Assembly: GCA_030704615.1 (NCBI GenBank)
Contig: CM060731.1
Coordinates: 19,592,001-19,656,000, forward strand
DNA length: 64,000 nucleotides
Source of the DNA: Takakia lepidozioides
Lineage: Eukaryota > Plantae > Bryophyta
Direction: 5' to 3'
The notes under the pieces were generated by a model. The model searched no databases, was not told where the DNA came from, and saw only the letters and a list, made by a program, of their open reading frames with translations. Every line of letters begins with the position of its first letter. Position 1 is the stretch's first letter. Position numbers and translations under genes: made by a program. Shown here in pieces: positions 11,701 to 24,208 of this stretch.

Positions 11701-14469
11701 ACGACCTGTGACGCTGTAATAGACCTACATCTGCTGCTGCTAGGACAGTTCCCTCTCGGGACCGGATCATGCAGTTGCGTGAGAGAGTGCCTGGTCGAAG
11801 GTCCCAACGAAAAGAGCATTAAGAATGCTACCAGATGACGCATCCAGTGCACAGCGGCGGGAGAGAGATCCGCAGCAGCAGAGCTGTGGACGCCCCTCAC
11901 ACTTTAAAGAGCAGAGTTATTAAAAAAGCCGACTTCTCAGGACATTTTAAAGGGGATAGACATGGCACGTATAGGCACCATCCCAGCAACTTCCCGCACA
12001 TGGGGCGAGCTGGATCCTTCACTGCCACTACTGTGATCAGAGCCATCCTCCACTCTGCTGATCTAGAGGAAGGGGAGAGCAAAACCTGCGCCGCGATCCA
12101 CTGGCTCCGTGACAGTGATCAGTCCCAAACCCAGCAGCTCCACCTCCACGCCCTCGTGTCCGCTTGCAAAACCACAAAGTTACATACAACCATCGCACTA
12201 ATGCTTTACATGAACTCAGATATAAACTTAATAACTAGCATCATCGTCATGCTTGGCTGGCCTTGCTGCACTTATGTGTACAGACAACCCCATCACTGAC
12301 CTGTGCTTAAATATATAATAAAAGGGCTTGGCAACGGTAGATGTGACACTTGAGAGAGCGTCACTTGGTAAGCTTTCCCCTAGTGAACTAGGACTATACT
12401 ACATATAACTTATGTGTGTGTAGTACAAGGGACCCCTTGTAAGCTTCAGAGTGTAGTACACTTTACTTTGGGGGAAAGGGAAACTTGTGTAGCATGTGCA
12501 ATACAAGCCTCTGGGGTCATCAATGGCAGGACACTTGATTTTGAGGGGAAAGGAAAACTTGCTGTACATTTGTGCTGTTGATTTTTAAATGTTGTGAGGA
12601 TCATTTGCATTGAAGGCTGCTTTGATTGTTGGGTAGTGGGCTCCTGAATTTTCTGCCTTCCATTTATTGTTGAAGTTTACCCACCTCCGTACCATTTGCT
12701 GCTGGAGCCCTGCCCATATTTTTTTAACCTCCCCCAGCTATTACAAGTCTGAAAATTTATATACCCCATATCTAGGAAATATATAGTGCTGCAGGTGATG
12801 AGAGCATTCAAGATTGAAATATCCATGTCTAGTTGATAGTATCAACTTGATACATTGAAAAGGTCCTACACTACCATGAACGTGGTACTGTTATAAGTAC
12901 AAAAATTTGGCTTCGTGCCTGTTTATTGTGTCATAGATTCGCCCCCTCGCCTTCACGTTTGGATGATTGATATACCTCCGGTTTTCTCTTACAGTGTAAT
13001 AAGAACCTTTGTCATAGACTTGGATGTCAGAAGGCCCTGACGCTTACAAGGGTTACTTTTTTGGATGGCCCTTTACGCTGTGAAGAGCTGCTAGGGCACA
13101 TATGACAAGCTTACTTAACCACCCTAAAAACGTGGGATGTGATGAGCGGTTGCGTCTGCTATGGAAAGCATTAGGGAGCATAGGAGTGCATAAAAGTAAA
13201 TCAACCAAAAATTAAATTTCGTGAATATGTCAAAACTACACCAAAAACGCGCGGCAGGGCCTTCCTTCCCTTCAATCCCCCCACAAGCAAGAGCAAAAGA
13301 AAAAACATTAAAATATCTATTTACCTAAATTAATAATCATATATATATATATATATACATATATAATCATACAAGGGGTAGATTAGTATGTAGGACATCA
13401 GATTTACATACATTGTATGATATGTGATATTCAGATATTTTATTTATCTATTCTATCTAAATTAATAATCGCATATCAGACATTAAGGGGTAGATTTTTT
13501 TTATTTTTTTATTTTTAGATTAGTATATAGAACATTATATTTACTGTGAACCGGAATTTATTTATTTATTCCATTTATATGCAGTACCCAATTGTCATAC
13601 TCCTCCAAAAGCCCAATGCTCCACAAACCAGGATCAAATTCCACATCAGCCCAAATCCATAGCAAAGGCAATAATGAGCTTGAGCAGTTTTTCTCACTCT
13701 CTCTTATTCTGGAGTCTCTAGTGGTTGGCTGTTATGTGATTTCTTTAACCGGTGGTTCCGATTACTTCAGATATTGCAAAATTAATAAGCTCCTGTTCCG
13801 TTATTTCAATCTGGCTATCCATGTGATATAAGGTGACAACCAAGTAACCAAGTTGTAGCCTTGTATTCAAGTGTTAATTTGTAAAAATTGCCATAAGTTA
13901 CTATTCTGGGGGCTGAAATTTACCCAATGGCGGGCCCTTAAGGGTTAATAAAGTATTTGGGCTTTGTCCCTTTGGCAAACAACAATTAACAATTAACAAT
14001 TAACCTTTGAATATTGGCTATTCTTCTCAGGCAGGTTGTTTTTATGCTAGGTGCCAGTCCCTAACTGGATCAATTACGGTCTACCCTCCATATGTGTTAC
14101 AGGAAGATAATAGGAATAATGTAAGAACTTAATGGACGCGTGTGATCTGACGGTGCTTTCGCCGGCAGCCTTGGTTCCTCCAGCAGGGCCCCTGTCAAAT
14201 TCTCCCCACCCCCTCTTACCTCAGTTTCACTATTAAGAAATTAAGAATCTGAGTAGGTTGCAAGCTGTGGTGGGTGGCCTGATGGTAAGGTGCAGGTGGC
14301 AAGGGTTGGGGATCAATTCTTGCTGGGAGGCTCTTGTAGTATAACCCTGGTCGATGTAACCCTCCAATTGGTGTAACCCTATGTAACCCCGGTTTCTCAT
14401 TTAACTTTGGTTAGTCCATTTTATACTTAGCCACATTTGGACTTAGTCAAATTTTGAGACCAAGTGTGG

Positions 14470-14662
14470 GTTATAAGGTTGGAAAATCTTGCCAAAGAAG
14501 GTGATAGCCCTGTAGATTTTTTCCCATGGTTCAATTCAATAAGTAAAACGCGGATACCGTGTTTGAATTATGATCGCTTTTACGCGACCAAGGGGGACCA
14601 CCCTCTAAGCCTAAGTATTCCTCAGTGACCGATAGCGTACGAGTACCGTGAGGGAAAGGTGA
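14470..14662 (+). rRNA. rrn26: Fragment of organellar LSU rRNA, probably mitochondrial 26S (NUMT); not a functional gene
   Basis: GGGGGACCACCCTCTAAGCCTAAGTATTCCTCAGTGACCGATAGCGTACGAGTACCGTGAGGGAAAGGTGAA is the conserved bacterial-type LSU domain I segment; left edge approximate. Confidence 0.75.
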
Positions 14663-15574
14663 ACACCGACTGGAGTTACACACCTCATCGTGTAACCCGA
14701 TGTAACTCCAAGTGGGGTTACACACCTCGTCATGTAACCCTGACTAGAGTTTACACTCCTTCAGTTCCATGTCACTCTAAAGAGACAGTGGGGAAGATTT
14801 GACAGCTTGCTCCACGATTTGCTCAGCCTGGTAGAATTGCTGCCGGCCCCGCCTTAAATTTGCCTCCCTACCGCTCTAGATTAAATTTGTGAGTTAATGA
14901 GATATGATGTCTTCTGTCACCCTGCCAAGATTGTGATCGAGCGGTGGGCCTGCCTAGGGGCTATCTCCGCTGGGTCTCCGACCGTCCCGTCCCAACCGTG
15001 GAGTGTCCAACCAGTCCTTGTAAAAAATACCGTCGCCCATGTAACCAAGGTATATAACATTTGACGTGGAGATGCTCTAACACAATACACTTAAAATTTG
15101 CTTTGTAACATTATCGGGAGTAAGAAAAAAATAACCGTTAAAAAGGGTTAACAGATATGGAGGGAACATTTATGGAGGGTATTTAACGTCCTTTTTCATC
15201 TCTTTTATTATAGATATATGCCGGTTATTTGAAAAAAATTAAGAACGCCAAAACTTGAAAACAACCTCTTTCAAACAGGCACCCAGCACAAGGCTTAGGA
15301 GACACCACCCAACAAATGATTATACCACACCCAACGTGGCAGTAGGATTTAAGCCAGAATCACTCAATTCACTATCCAACTGACTCCCTACCGACTGGTG
15401 GTTGGTTATGTGTAATCTCAACATTAGATTTTTTTTTTTTTTTCCAAAGGAAATCTGGGAGCGACTGCTCGAGATTTTGTTATTGAATGCCTCATAGTAT
15501 AGTATAGCAGTGTAATACAGTATAACAACTGGTACTAGTATCTTCATTGCAGAGACTTTTAGGTTCTTTTATTC

Positions 15575-15990
15575 CCTCATTTGTTGGCTCTCTTGTAGAG
15601 AGAGACTTTGCATCATGTTGAAGTCAACGGAGAAAATGTGGTCAAAGGACCTTACACCATGTCAAGGCTCTCATTGGTGTGTTGTGCTGAGTCATGCTCC
15701 CTACTCTTACCTTCCTCTTATGTTCTGCCAAAGCAAGAGAGCCTATTGCCGGTTGAGGCTTGTTTGCTTTTGGCATGTCTTCCCTATGAGACGTACTGAG
15801 ATCGAATCTCTTCTCTCTTCCACTTTCTTTGTCAGACTACATAGCTCGAGCATGAAGCAAATTGCACCACTCAACTTCATTGTTTGACTTTTCCGAACTG
15901 TGAAGACTTGGTCTCCAGTGCGACTACCGAGAAATTCCGACTCCCATGAACATGTGGACCAAGTCGGACGTAAGAATGAATCATATAATC
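15575..15990 (-). mobile_element. Degenerate L1-type LINE ORF2 fragment
   Basis: Reverse-complement homology to 58600-58800, which continues an L1-like ORF2 C-terminal segment. Confidence 0.5.
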
Positions 15991-17236
15991 CCGAAGGTCT
16001 CTTGGAGCTGAACTTGAAAAAGAAAAACGAGTGAATGCACCCTGAAAACATGCACTAGACAAACAAGCTCTCATCTTCCGTGAATGAGTTGCAGTGCAAT
16101 GGCAAGTCACTGCACGTCGTACCACGGGAAGTGTGAGGAAACAGCAATTCACATGGAAGCCAACATCTGAGGGCCCCATTCATATTCTCCTTTTCTTGTC
16201 TCGGGCAATAAAGAGTGCTCCGGCCATACCTATCGCAACTACTGACAAAGAAGTTGCAGTGACCTTCCTGCTTTTTTTCGGAAGCAAATTGACAAAGATG
16301 GAAAGGCTGCACAGACTTTGTTTCTTTATTTCGATATGCTTGTTTTTAGGAATCCCAGTGACTGGCGACGGCTATCGAGACAAGCCCTGTTTTTTTTCTC
16401 TCTTTTCCAAAATCGTCATAATAAGGGCCACATGTAAGTTCTACCCAGCGCCTGTGGCCAGAATACAGGTGGCAGGGTTAGAAAAGGGGCTATATAACAG
16501 GTGTCACATTCTAACAAGTCCACGTAGGAAAAATTTGGCTTCCGATATTTAACCAGTGGCGCTTTCTGGCAATTTTTTTGATTTTTACTCCTGTAATTCT
16601 TCTGAAAAAGTAGCTGACCCGTTTTCCAGGTCGAAATCTGGCGATTTCTTGCCAGATTTAAAAACAGTGGAGACAAGTATTTGTTTTTTAAAAAATATTT
16701 TAGAGGGGATGGTCACGACCCTCGCATAAGTTTCTTCTCATTTTTTAGCTAAATTTATTATAATTAAATTAAATTAGAAGTATGTTTGAAGCTGCTGGTA
16801 GCTCAGTGCAGTTGTGTGACTCCAGTGGTTTGTTGGACTGGAAGTAAGATTTTTGCTGTTCCTGGTCCGAATTATTTTTGATATAACCTCTATGAAGGTA
16901 CTTTGTACACATGAGAGATATTTCCTACAAGATGCTATGATGAATATACTATGGGCCACTTTAGACTGCGGACCAAGACCAACTCAAAATGCAATGATCA
17001 TGATATCCCAAATTGTGGCAAGGCAATTCTTGAAGGTCGAAAAGGGGGAGAGGATTGGAGCGGCCAATGGGGAGTGTTGGAATGGGTGATATGTAAGGCC
17101 ACGTGTAGAGGCTAGAGTAGAAGTAGGATATGTGAGACAGTGGGCCATCCTTTTAATTCTAGAGCTTTCCAAATTTGGACACAATAAGATAATTTATTTC
17201 TAAATGAGTGGACCTTACTTAGTAGACCTTTATTTC

Positions 17237-17321
17237 TAAAAGGAGGTAAGCCTTCCACCTCATCTTTCCCACTAGAATTCCATATTGGGGAAAGATGAGG
17301 TGGAAGGCTTACCTCCTTTTA
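17237..17321. repeat. Perfect 34-bp inverted repeat with 17-nt loop
   Basis: TAAAAGGAGGTAAGCCTTCCACCTCATCTTTCCC at 17237-17270 and its exact reverse complement at 17288-17321. Confidence 0.95.
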
Positions 17322-17778
17322 GGGCCAACTTCCATGTCCGGGCCATGACAATATTGCACTAGATGACAAAAATGACACCGGTGCTTCCATGTGTTAATTT
17401 TCACCGGTGCCCAAATATCGGTGGCCGACATCGGTGAGCGCCATACCGGGGAATTTGGCGCCATAGTTCATGGCCGATAATCGGTAATCGCTTTTGACAG
17501 GTTATATTGGGTTACCATGTCTCTTCTACCTTGCCAAGAAAGTCACCTTTGTGCACATTGCTTGCCGGGACCCTCCACACTCTTTGCTTGCGGGACCCAC
17601 CCTTCGCCAAGTGACATGCTCAATTGGTCCGGGCCCTGCGAGGCAGACCTACTGCCTGATTGCTTTCGACCCTATGCACATAAAAACAACCATCCATGCC
17701 ACCAGCCGGCCATGCTCCACCGACATCGGCTAACTTCGGATAACTTGGCTTGGAGGGCCGGGACATGGAAGTTGGCCC
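17322..17778. mobile_element. PIF/Harbinger (Tourist-like) MITE, 457 bp
   Basis: TIR GGGCCAACTTCCATGTCC at both ends; TTA target duplication at 17319-17321 and 17779-17781. Confidence 0.9.
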
Positions 17779-18929
17779 TTATGCTTCATTTTAAGTTTTG
17801 TAAGTATTGGTCTTGCACTTACACACACCAACTTTGCTCCCTACTATATTAATGTTTTAATATGCATTAATATGCATCTACAGACCAAGATCTGGACCAA
17901 TTTGCTTCAGATTGCTGTATAATTTACTTGGTCTTGGTCGGTTAGTTGAAAGTGGTCTTTACATGTTGAAGCTAAACTCCCGACCTAGGAATATGCTCTT
18001 TTCCTTTGTCGGTGCACTACAAGTCAAGGGGAAAATAACCCTGTAGAGGTACTAAGCAGATAAGGGAGAATCAAACACAGAGGAGCCAGAGCCTAGGGCC
18101 AATCAACTTGCTGTGCAGAGCATCATGGTTGCTTCATCCAAAACATCAAGCACATCCAGTACATCGTTTGATCACCCGAAAACAGCCTTGAGCATGATCG
18201 CTCTTTTAATTAAATAAGCAGAAAAGCCTAATCTTGAAATCCACATGCATGGCTTCTACTTGTATGTCAGATTACAGGACCTCAAGGACCACACCTTAGC
18301 ACCAACTGTCTTATCACATTACTGTTAACATAGGACAAGCCCAGTTTTGCCAAAGATAGCTTACATCCTAAAGACAACGACCATCAACCATTTTTCATCC
18401 AGCCATTAATGAAAGAGGATTTGTTAATAGGCGGAATACATGGCCCCACATACGTGAAGCTATCCCGTGCGAGGGAAGCGAGCTCCTGCGAGGTAAGATC
18501 ATTATACCAAACCAAAAACCAAGCCAATGCCGTACCTAATAATAAGCATCCGGCGCGAGAGGGATGAAAATCCCTCAGAGAGAAAACCTTGCACCTGCAA
18601 AGTGGGCTAAGGACAAAACTCTATGGGGGAAAACCCCAATCACATTACAAATGATGCAGAAACTATCACAGAGTCCTAACACCCCGAGAAGTTCTCCACC
18701 TCCTCAAGCACCGAAGCGAATTGGGCAATGGGCCTTTATGAAACGAAATCACACAAATAATGAAGACTACAGATCGTAAGATCAAACACCAACTTGCAGT
18801 GAATCAGGGAATCCACATGCACAGGGTGGTCAATAGGTGGAGCAGTAGAATGTTGAGGTAACAATACATATTTTCGACCACGTAGTTTCTTAGTGATCAA
18901 ATAAGGACCCTCGATTTGTTTAGAGGCTT

Positions 18930-18968
<39 letters not shown>

Positions 18969-19113
18969 CTCCGGCCAAAGCCGATGTAACTAAGAGTCAC
19001 TTCGCCTTACGGCTACTGCCCCCTTTCGGGGTGGGCCTATAAAGAGAACAGATGTCCAGGGGACACCGGGTAACCAGGAGGAGGTAGTAAATAGGGGACG
19101 GTGTCTAGGGTAC

Positions 19114-19749
19114 CTAGGGTATCCGGGGGTGCCCCAGGATACCCTGGGATGCCGCAGAGGGGTTGGACTCGAGTTGTTGCTTATTGGTGATGATGGCAGT
19201 GAGGGAGCGGAGGGCAATGAGGTGGATGGCTTTAAAGCATTTGTGGATATGGAGAATAGGGATTTTAAGATTGTCATGTAACGCGTTTATACTGGCGATA
19301 TGAATCCCACCTCTAGTACCTGCTGTGATAACTGATAAGGGGCTGGTGCGCCACCCACACTGACGGATGACGAGGATGAGGGAGGCATATTTTTGTCGTT
19401 TCTCTAGAATGGAGGGGGGCTGGGCATCGGTTATTACAGTATGTGAATTCAACGAAGTGAATGGTTAATTCTGGGCCATTGGAGGGCTTCTTGTATGTGG
19501 GAGTCAGGAGGGTGAGCAAAGCCGCGACCGGACCACTTGTGCTGGGTGGCAAGACCAGTGGCGCCAAAGATGCAGTCTCTATGGTGTGGACTAACATATG
19601 AGGTAAGTTCCATGGGGCACGTGAGTGGGTTAGAGTAGTAGGAGTGAATAAGTTGGAAGGAGGAGATTAGGAGGCTAAACAGTTCTCTGGGGATAGTACT
19701 ATGAGTGTGTGCTTGTATTAGTTTGGATTGGACGCGGGGTTTTCTGGAG
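19114..19749 (-). pseudogene. LINE ORF C-terminal part: PCIF1-like methyltransferase-like segment abutting a restriction-like endonuclease segment
   Basis: YYSNPLTCP...YVS...DCIFGATG.....WSGRGFAHPP followed by IHFVEFTYC...KRQKY..L..GW...ITAGTRGGI. Confidence 0.6.
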
Positions 19750-20385
19750 CAACGACGCAATGGCGTGAGCCTTGTGCATGAGCACGCGAGCATATGCTCA
19801 CGCCAGTTGACGTGGCGTGAGCCTGCACCCACGCTGACGTGGCGTGAGCGTGATGTCAGCAGGCTGATGTAGCGGCAAATGATGACGTGACACTGCGCCG
19901 TAATCTGTCACGTCAGCATTAACATGCGCCGCCTATAACCGAGGATGGTCCTATGACCGTGGGATTAATGCAGGGAATCCTTGGTTGAATACAATCAAGA
20001 CTACCATGAGGCCTACAATTGTAGCATCCAACATTGTGCAATTACAAATGTTTGTTTCACTTTTACAATTACAAGGACGAGAAAATATCCTCACAAAGTG
20101 TGCGCCATAGAGGTTGCTACGGGAAGATCTTGCTCCCTCCCCAAATAACAATGAGAGTTAGGATCATCTTCAAAAGATGATTACAGTGCATAGCGACAGG
20201 AAGACATGTAGACTTCGAACAGTGCAATGATGCATGTGCTTTTAAAAGTTGTCACTCAGAGCTCACTCAGTATAGTTGGAAGCATAATGGAGGGATAAGG
20301 AACGCCATATCATTGCACCGCCGACGATGTTGCAAACGAATTGATTTGAATTGAATTTCCATGACAATGTTGCAAATTGCACATT

Positions 20386-23300
20386 TCATAGCATGGTCGT
20401 CCACATACCACATTGCATAGTTGATGCTACCCATGTGTTGTATCCCGCTGCAATAGAGTATCGACCTCGTTGAAACTCAGAGTGGCCTGGTGAAACGAAG
20501 TTGTCACGTTTGGGATCGCAAACCATTATCTTAAAAAATATGAAATACAAATGTTTGCAGGGTATGAATTTACCTCTCTTGCCCAAACTGGTTGATAGCA
20601 TATTCACAAAATCAGGACATGTGCAATTGGGGAAATTGGAAACCGTGATGTCGTAGGCCCTATCATGAACAGCAGATATCGAAGTGATTATTGTGTACAC
20701 CCGATCATATCCTGGATCGGGCACTTCCGTGGTGCTTGCAACACGAGCTTGGAGCATTCTTGCGGACTCTACTTTGCCAAAGTGTTCAGCGGTTGGAGGG
20801 AAACGCTGAACCAGCTTTCCATCTCGTTTGGTTGGCCACAAGTGAGGATTTGCCGGAGGGACCCGAGAGGATACAGAAGTAGTAGCACATGCATGCAGTT
20901 GGGGTTGTCTCGCAAGGGAAAAGCCTGTCTCCTCCAGCATTGCAATCTCCTGACTTGTGAGATATGTTCCCACCTTGACGGGCCAAACGGTTGGAGGATC
21001 TGGCTTCATCACCATGGAAGGACGCACAGTTCCATGCACACATATGCCACAATCATCTGCGCATGTGGTTCTTGGCTTCTGGTTGGCCGTATGGACGCAT
21101 CAAACCTGTGAAAGTCGGAGCAGGAGTCCGGGCACCACCTCTGGATATAGATGAAGTGCACTTCTCGAAATTAGTTGCCCTGATTGCTGTACATTTCACA
21201 CGAGACCCTGCACTTGTGCGTTCTATGTGCCGAACGTGGTCGGGGCATGCGGACTCCAACACATCAAGGGGGTTGTTTCTCTCCTGCACCATTTTCAGTG
21301 ACATTGTTTGATGCTGGAGCCTGCCATCGTGTTGGAGGTTCCTCAAGAATGGAGGTTCCGGACATGGATCTGTCATGCAGAGTAACACGAGGCTTCGAGA
21401 AGTTATCACGGTCTACCCTGTGCGAATCGGAATCCAAACCAGGTGGAGTGTTCAATTTCCTCTTACAAGAGCCAAATCTCTCCTCCCCTTCAAGATGTGG
21501 AACTCTAGAAACAAGTGGCATTCCCTGGGCATACATGCTCACCGCCCGTGCTATCTTGCTTGGATCCCCAGATCTGTTTGCAGCACGCAACATCAACTCC
21601 AGTTTGTCCGGACCCTTGCCACCAACCCCACCTCGCAAGAAATCACGGTATTTGGTTTGTTATTGCAAGGCACGTATCAGATCATCTGTTGTTGCCACAT
21701 ACAAATCCCGACCTCGTTTCCCAGACTGTTGCAACCATGCGTTGTGCACAGTCTCTGCCAAATTGTAGGACGACATATCCGCCATTTCCTCAATGGATAT
21801 GTTCTGCAAAGTGGAGAACCACACTTCAGAACAGTGCACAGGAAACAACATAAAAAAAGCAAGGAGAGCAAAATTTGGAAAGCAAATATATGAATAAAGC
21901 AAGCAATAGAAGCCTCGCACCATTGTCATGGCTGCTCCCCACTCTCTGTACCGGAAGTGCCAAAACGCCAGCCAATCTTCCAATGCTCTCATACTCTCAA
22001 GCGATGCAGCTCCAGAAGAGAACCACCAGGCATGAATTGTCTGGAACAAAGTGTCCGCCTCCTTCATTGTTCTAGCATCTTTGTACTCTTTGCACAATTT
22101 ACGGTGCTGTGTCTGCATCTCTGCTTTGATGTCCGACTTTGTATGTTTCTCTAGAGATTGTGTCCAATGGAATAGACATGTACGCTCTCTTCCCGACATT
22201 GGCACTTTTGGGTCGTCTGATCCGAAGACAATTCGAACTGCATTGAAATTCGCCTAAGCACTATCTGCCATGAAACTAGCGAAATTTGGAGATGGCACCC
22301 CACGGCAGCCCATAACACGTATCAGGGAATTCCACATGAGCTTCTGGGATTCCGTATCCACGGATTGCATGTCACAAACTGCAATTGTCATAACTCGTTG
22401 GTACACTGGATCGTAGACATGACAAGCCATTGTCGTCCAATCTTTCACTCGTTTCACATGATCAAACATAAGAAAACAATTATGTAGATCCCCAGTCTTC
22501 TGCATCCGCTTCACGAGGCTAACCCCACTGCCATCCCCAGCAGTCGACATTTTGAAAAGAAATACTTTGATGGCACCTTGACCTGGAAAAACATTGTCCT
22601 GGATAAAGTCGTATTTGCTCAGTCGTTTCAATTCCAAAATGTTGTCTATGTAGCCTCTGATCCCAGAGCCCATTCTCAATGCATTGATCTGATGCCGAAT
22701 GTTATGTGAACTCAAAGTGGAGAAATGATCCATGACAACGTTCAATGCTGCACCGTCAAGTTTAGTCCCCACAGAATCCCCTTCACTCAAAATATGGCTT
22801 TCCAAGAAGGACTTGCTTGCGCCAAGAGCAATTGCAGATGTTGTTGCGGATGGGTTTCTCTCGTACTCATGTTTAATCAACCTCGATACTGTCTCAACAC
22901 TCTCCCTGTAATCCCCCTTCGAGACAGGATGGTTATGGAAACCGACATGCACACAAGCTCTTGTCATTGTTTTCAAACGGTGGACAATATAGTACATTAT
23001 TGTTCCGCACAGCGCCAGATAGGATGGTACAAGTTTGCAGAATTTGCAAACGAAAGTGTTTGCCGGTGGAGGAGCAGTCCCAAGCTTAAATGGATTTTCC
23101 GCAAGACCCTTCCACTCGCTTTGATTATGAACCCCAGACTGAAGAAAGTGTCTGCAATTCAAATTATCACACCTAAGGTGTCCATTGCAAACTGTTCTCC
23201 TGAAAACAAACTTGTCATCATTTTGAATATTGGATGTCTTTGTTCTGCACCATGGGTGTCTGGCCTACTTTGTTCAAAGATGTACACAAGTATTGTCAGA

Positions 23301-24208
23301 GTTGTGATGAATGTCAGAGGCTAGGACCTTTGCAGAGATCTGGGAAGATGGCTTTGCATCCTACAATGCCTACGGAACCATTTCAGAAATGGGGACTAGA
23401 CTTTGTTGGACCAATTAACCCACCAGCCAAGAATACAGAGAACAGGTACATAATTACAGCCACTGATTATACTACGAAGTGGGTGGAAGCTAAAGCTTTG
23501 AGGGACAACACAGCCAAGTCCACAGCAAGGTTCCTGTATGAGAACATACTTACATGATTTGGCTGTCCCTTGGAATTTATCAGTGTGTTTCTTGTCTATT
23601 CCGTGCATCATGCTTGTTACACCGCCAACTCGCGGAGGAGGAGGCAGCTCGAATAGGATATCGCCATCAAAAGTCTCTGGCAGGAACTTCACAGGTACCT
23701 GCTTTAAAGATTCCCAATCAATTCCTCGCAACTCACTTTTGAAACCTGCCATTCCTTTCGCCCGTAGTTTTGGAATGACACTATGAATCTCTTCTTCATC
23801 CGCTTCCACAACTACAGTAGGAAGGACTGGATTTGGAATTTCACTTATGTCATCATCGGACGAATCCGAAAGCTCAACGATTGGAGTGGAGGACGTCTGT
23901 TCTTGTTTCACCACCACCTCCCTCTTGTCTTCAACGACTGAAGCAGCAGTCCCGGCCGTCACATATGATCCAAGGGACTTTTGCCGAGGCTCTCCAAGTA
24001 CTTTGTATCTACCAGGGCGCACTCTCCACTGGCTGACATGAGCCGTCTCATCACGGTTTTTGAAAGAGTATTTCAACAACTTCCCGTCTAAATCGTACAC
24101 CTCTTTCTCCAAGAAGATAGAGCCATTCTGAAGCTCAAACCGGGTAGCCAAGACATGTTCCAGAACAATTGCAAATCTATTGTCAATGACTTCCTTGGAG
24201 AACGACAC
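20386..24208 (-). pseudogene. MULE-family DDE transposase with N-terminal Cys/His (GCM/WRKY-like) domain and C-terminal SWIM finger; spliced and disrupted
   Basis: FDHVKR (D), FMADSA*ANFNAVR (D), RTCLFHW (CxxH), NLAETVH (E), CTCPDF...PCKH (SWIM); stop at 22254 and insertion at 23261-23585. Confidence 0.82.
23261..23585 (+). other. 325-bp gypsy integrase filler inserted in the MULE transposase
   Basis: Near-identical to 48518-48841; separates transposase GIDKKH from HPWCR. Confidence 0.9.

Noticed and set aside
9000-13300. Possible decayed retroelement or gene fragments
   Set aside because: Too degenerate; no supportable boundaries or domains
18100-18923. Possible L1 zinc-finger remnant hosting the RLE LINE
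   Set aside because: Only a weak CxxC hint; not enough to annotate
23396-24208. 270-aa ORF as an independent gene
   Set aside because: It is the transposase N-terminus reading into the antisense of the gypsy filler
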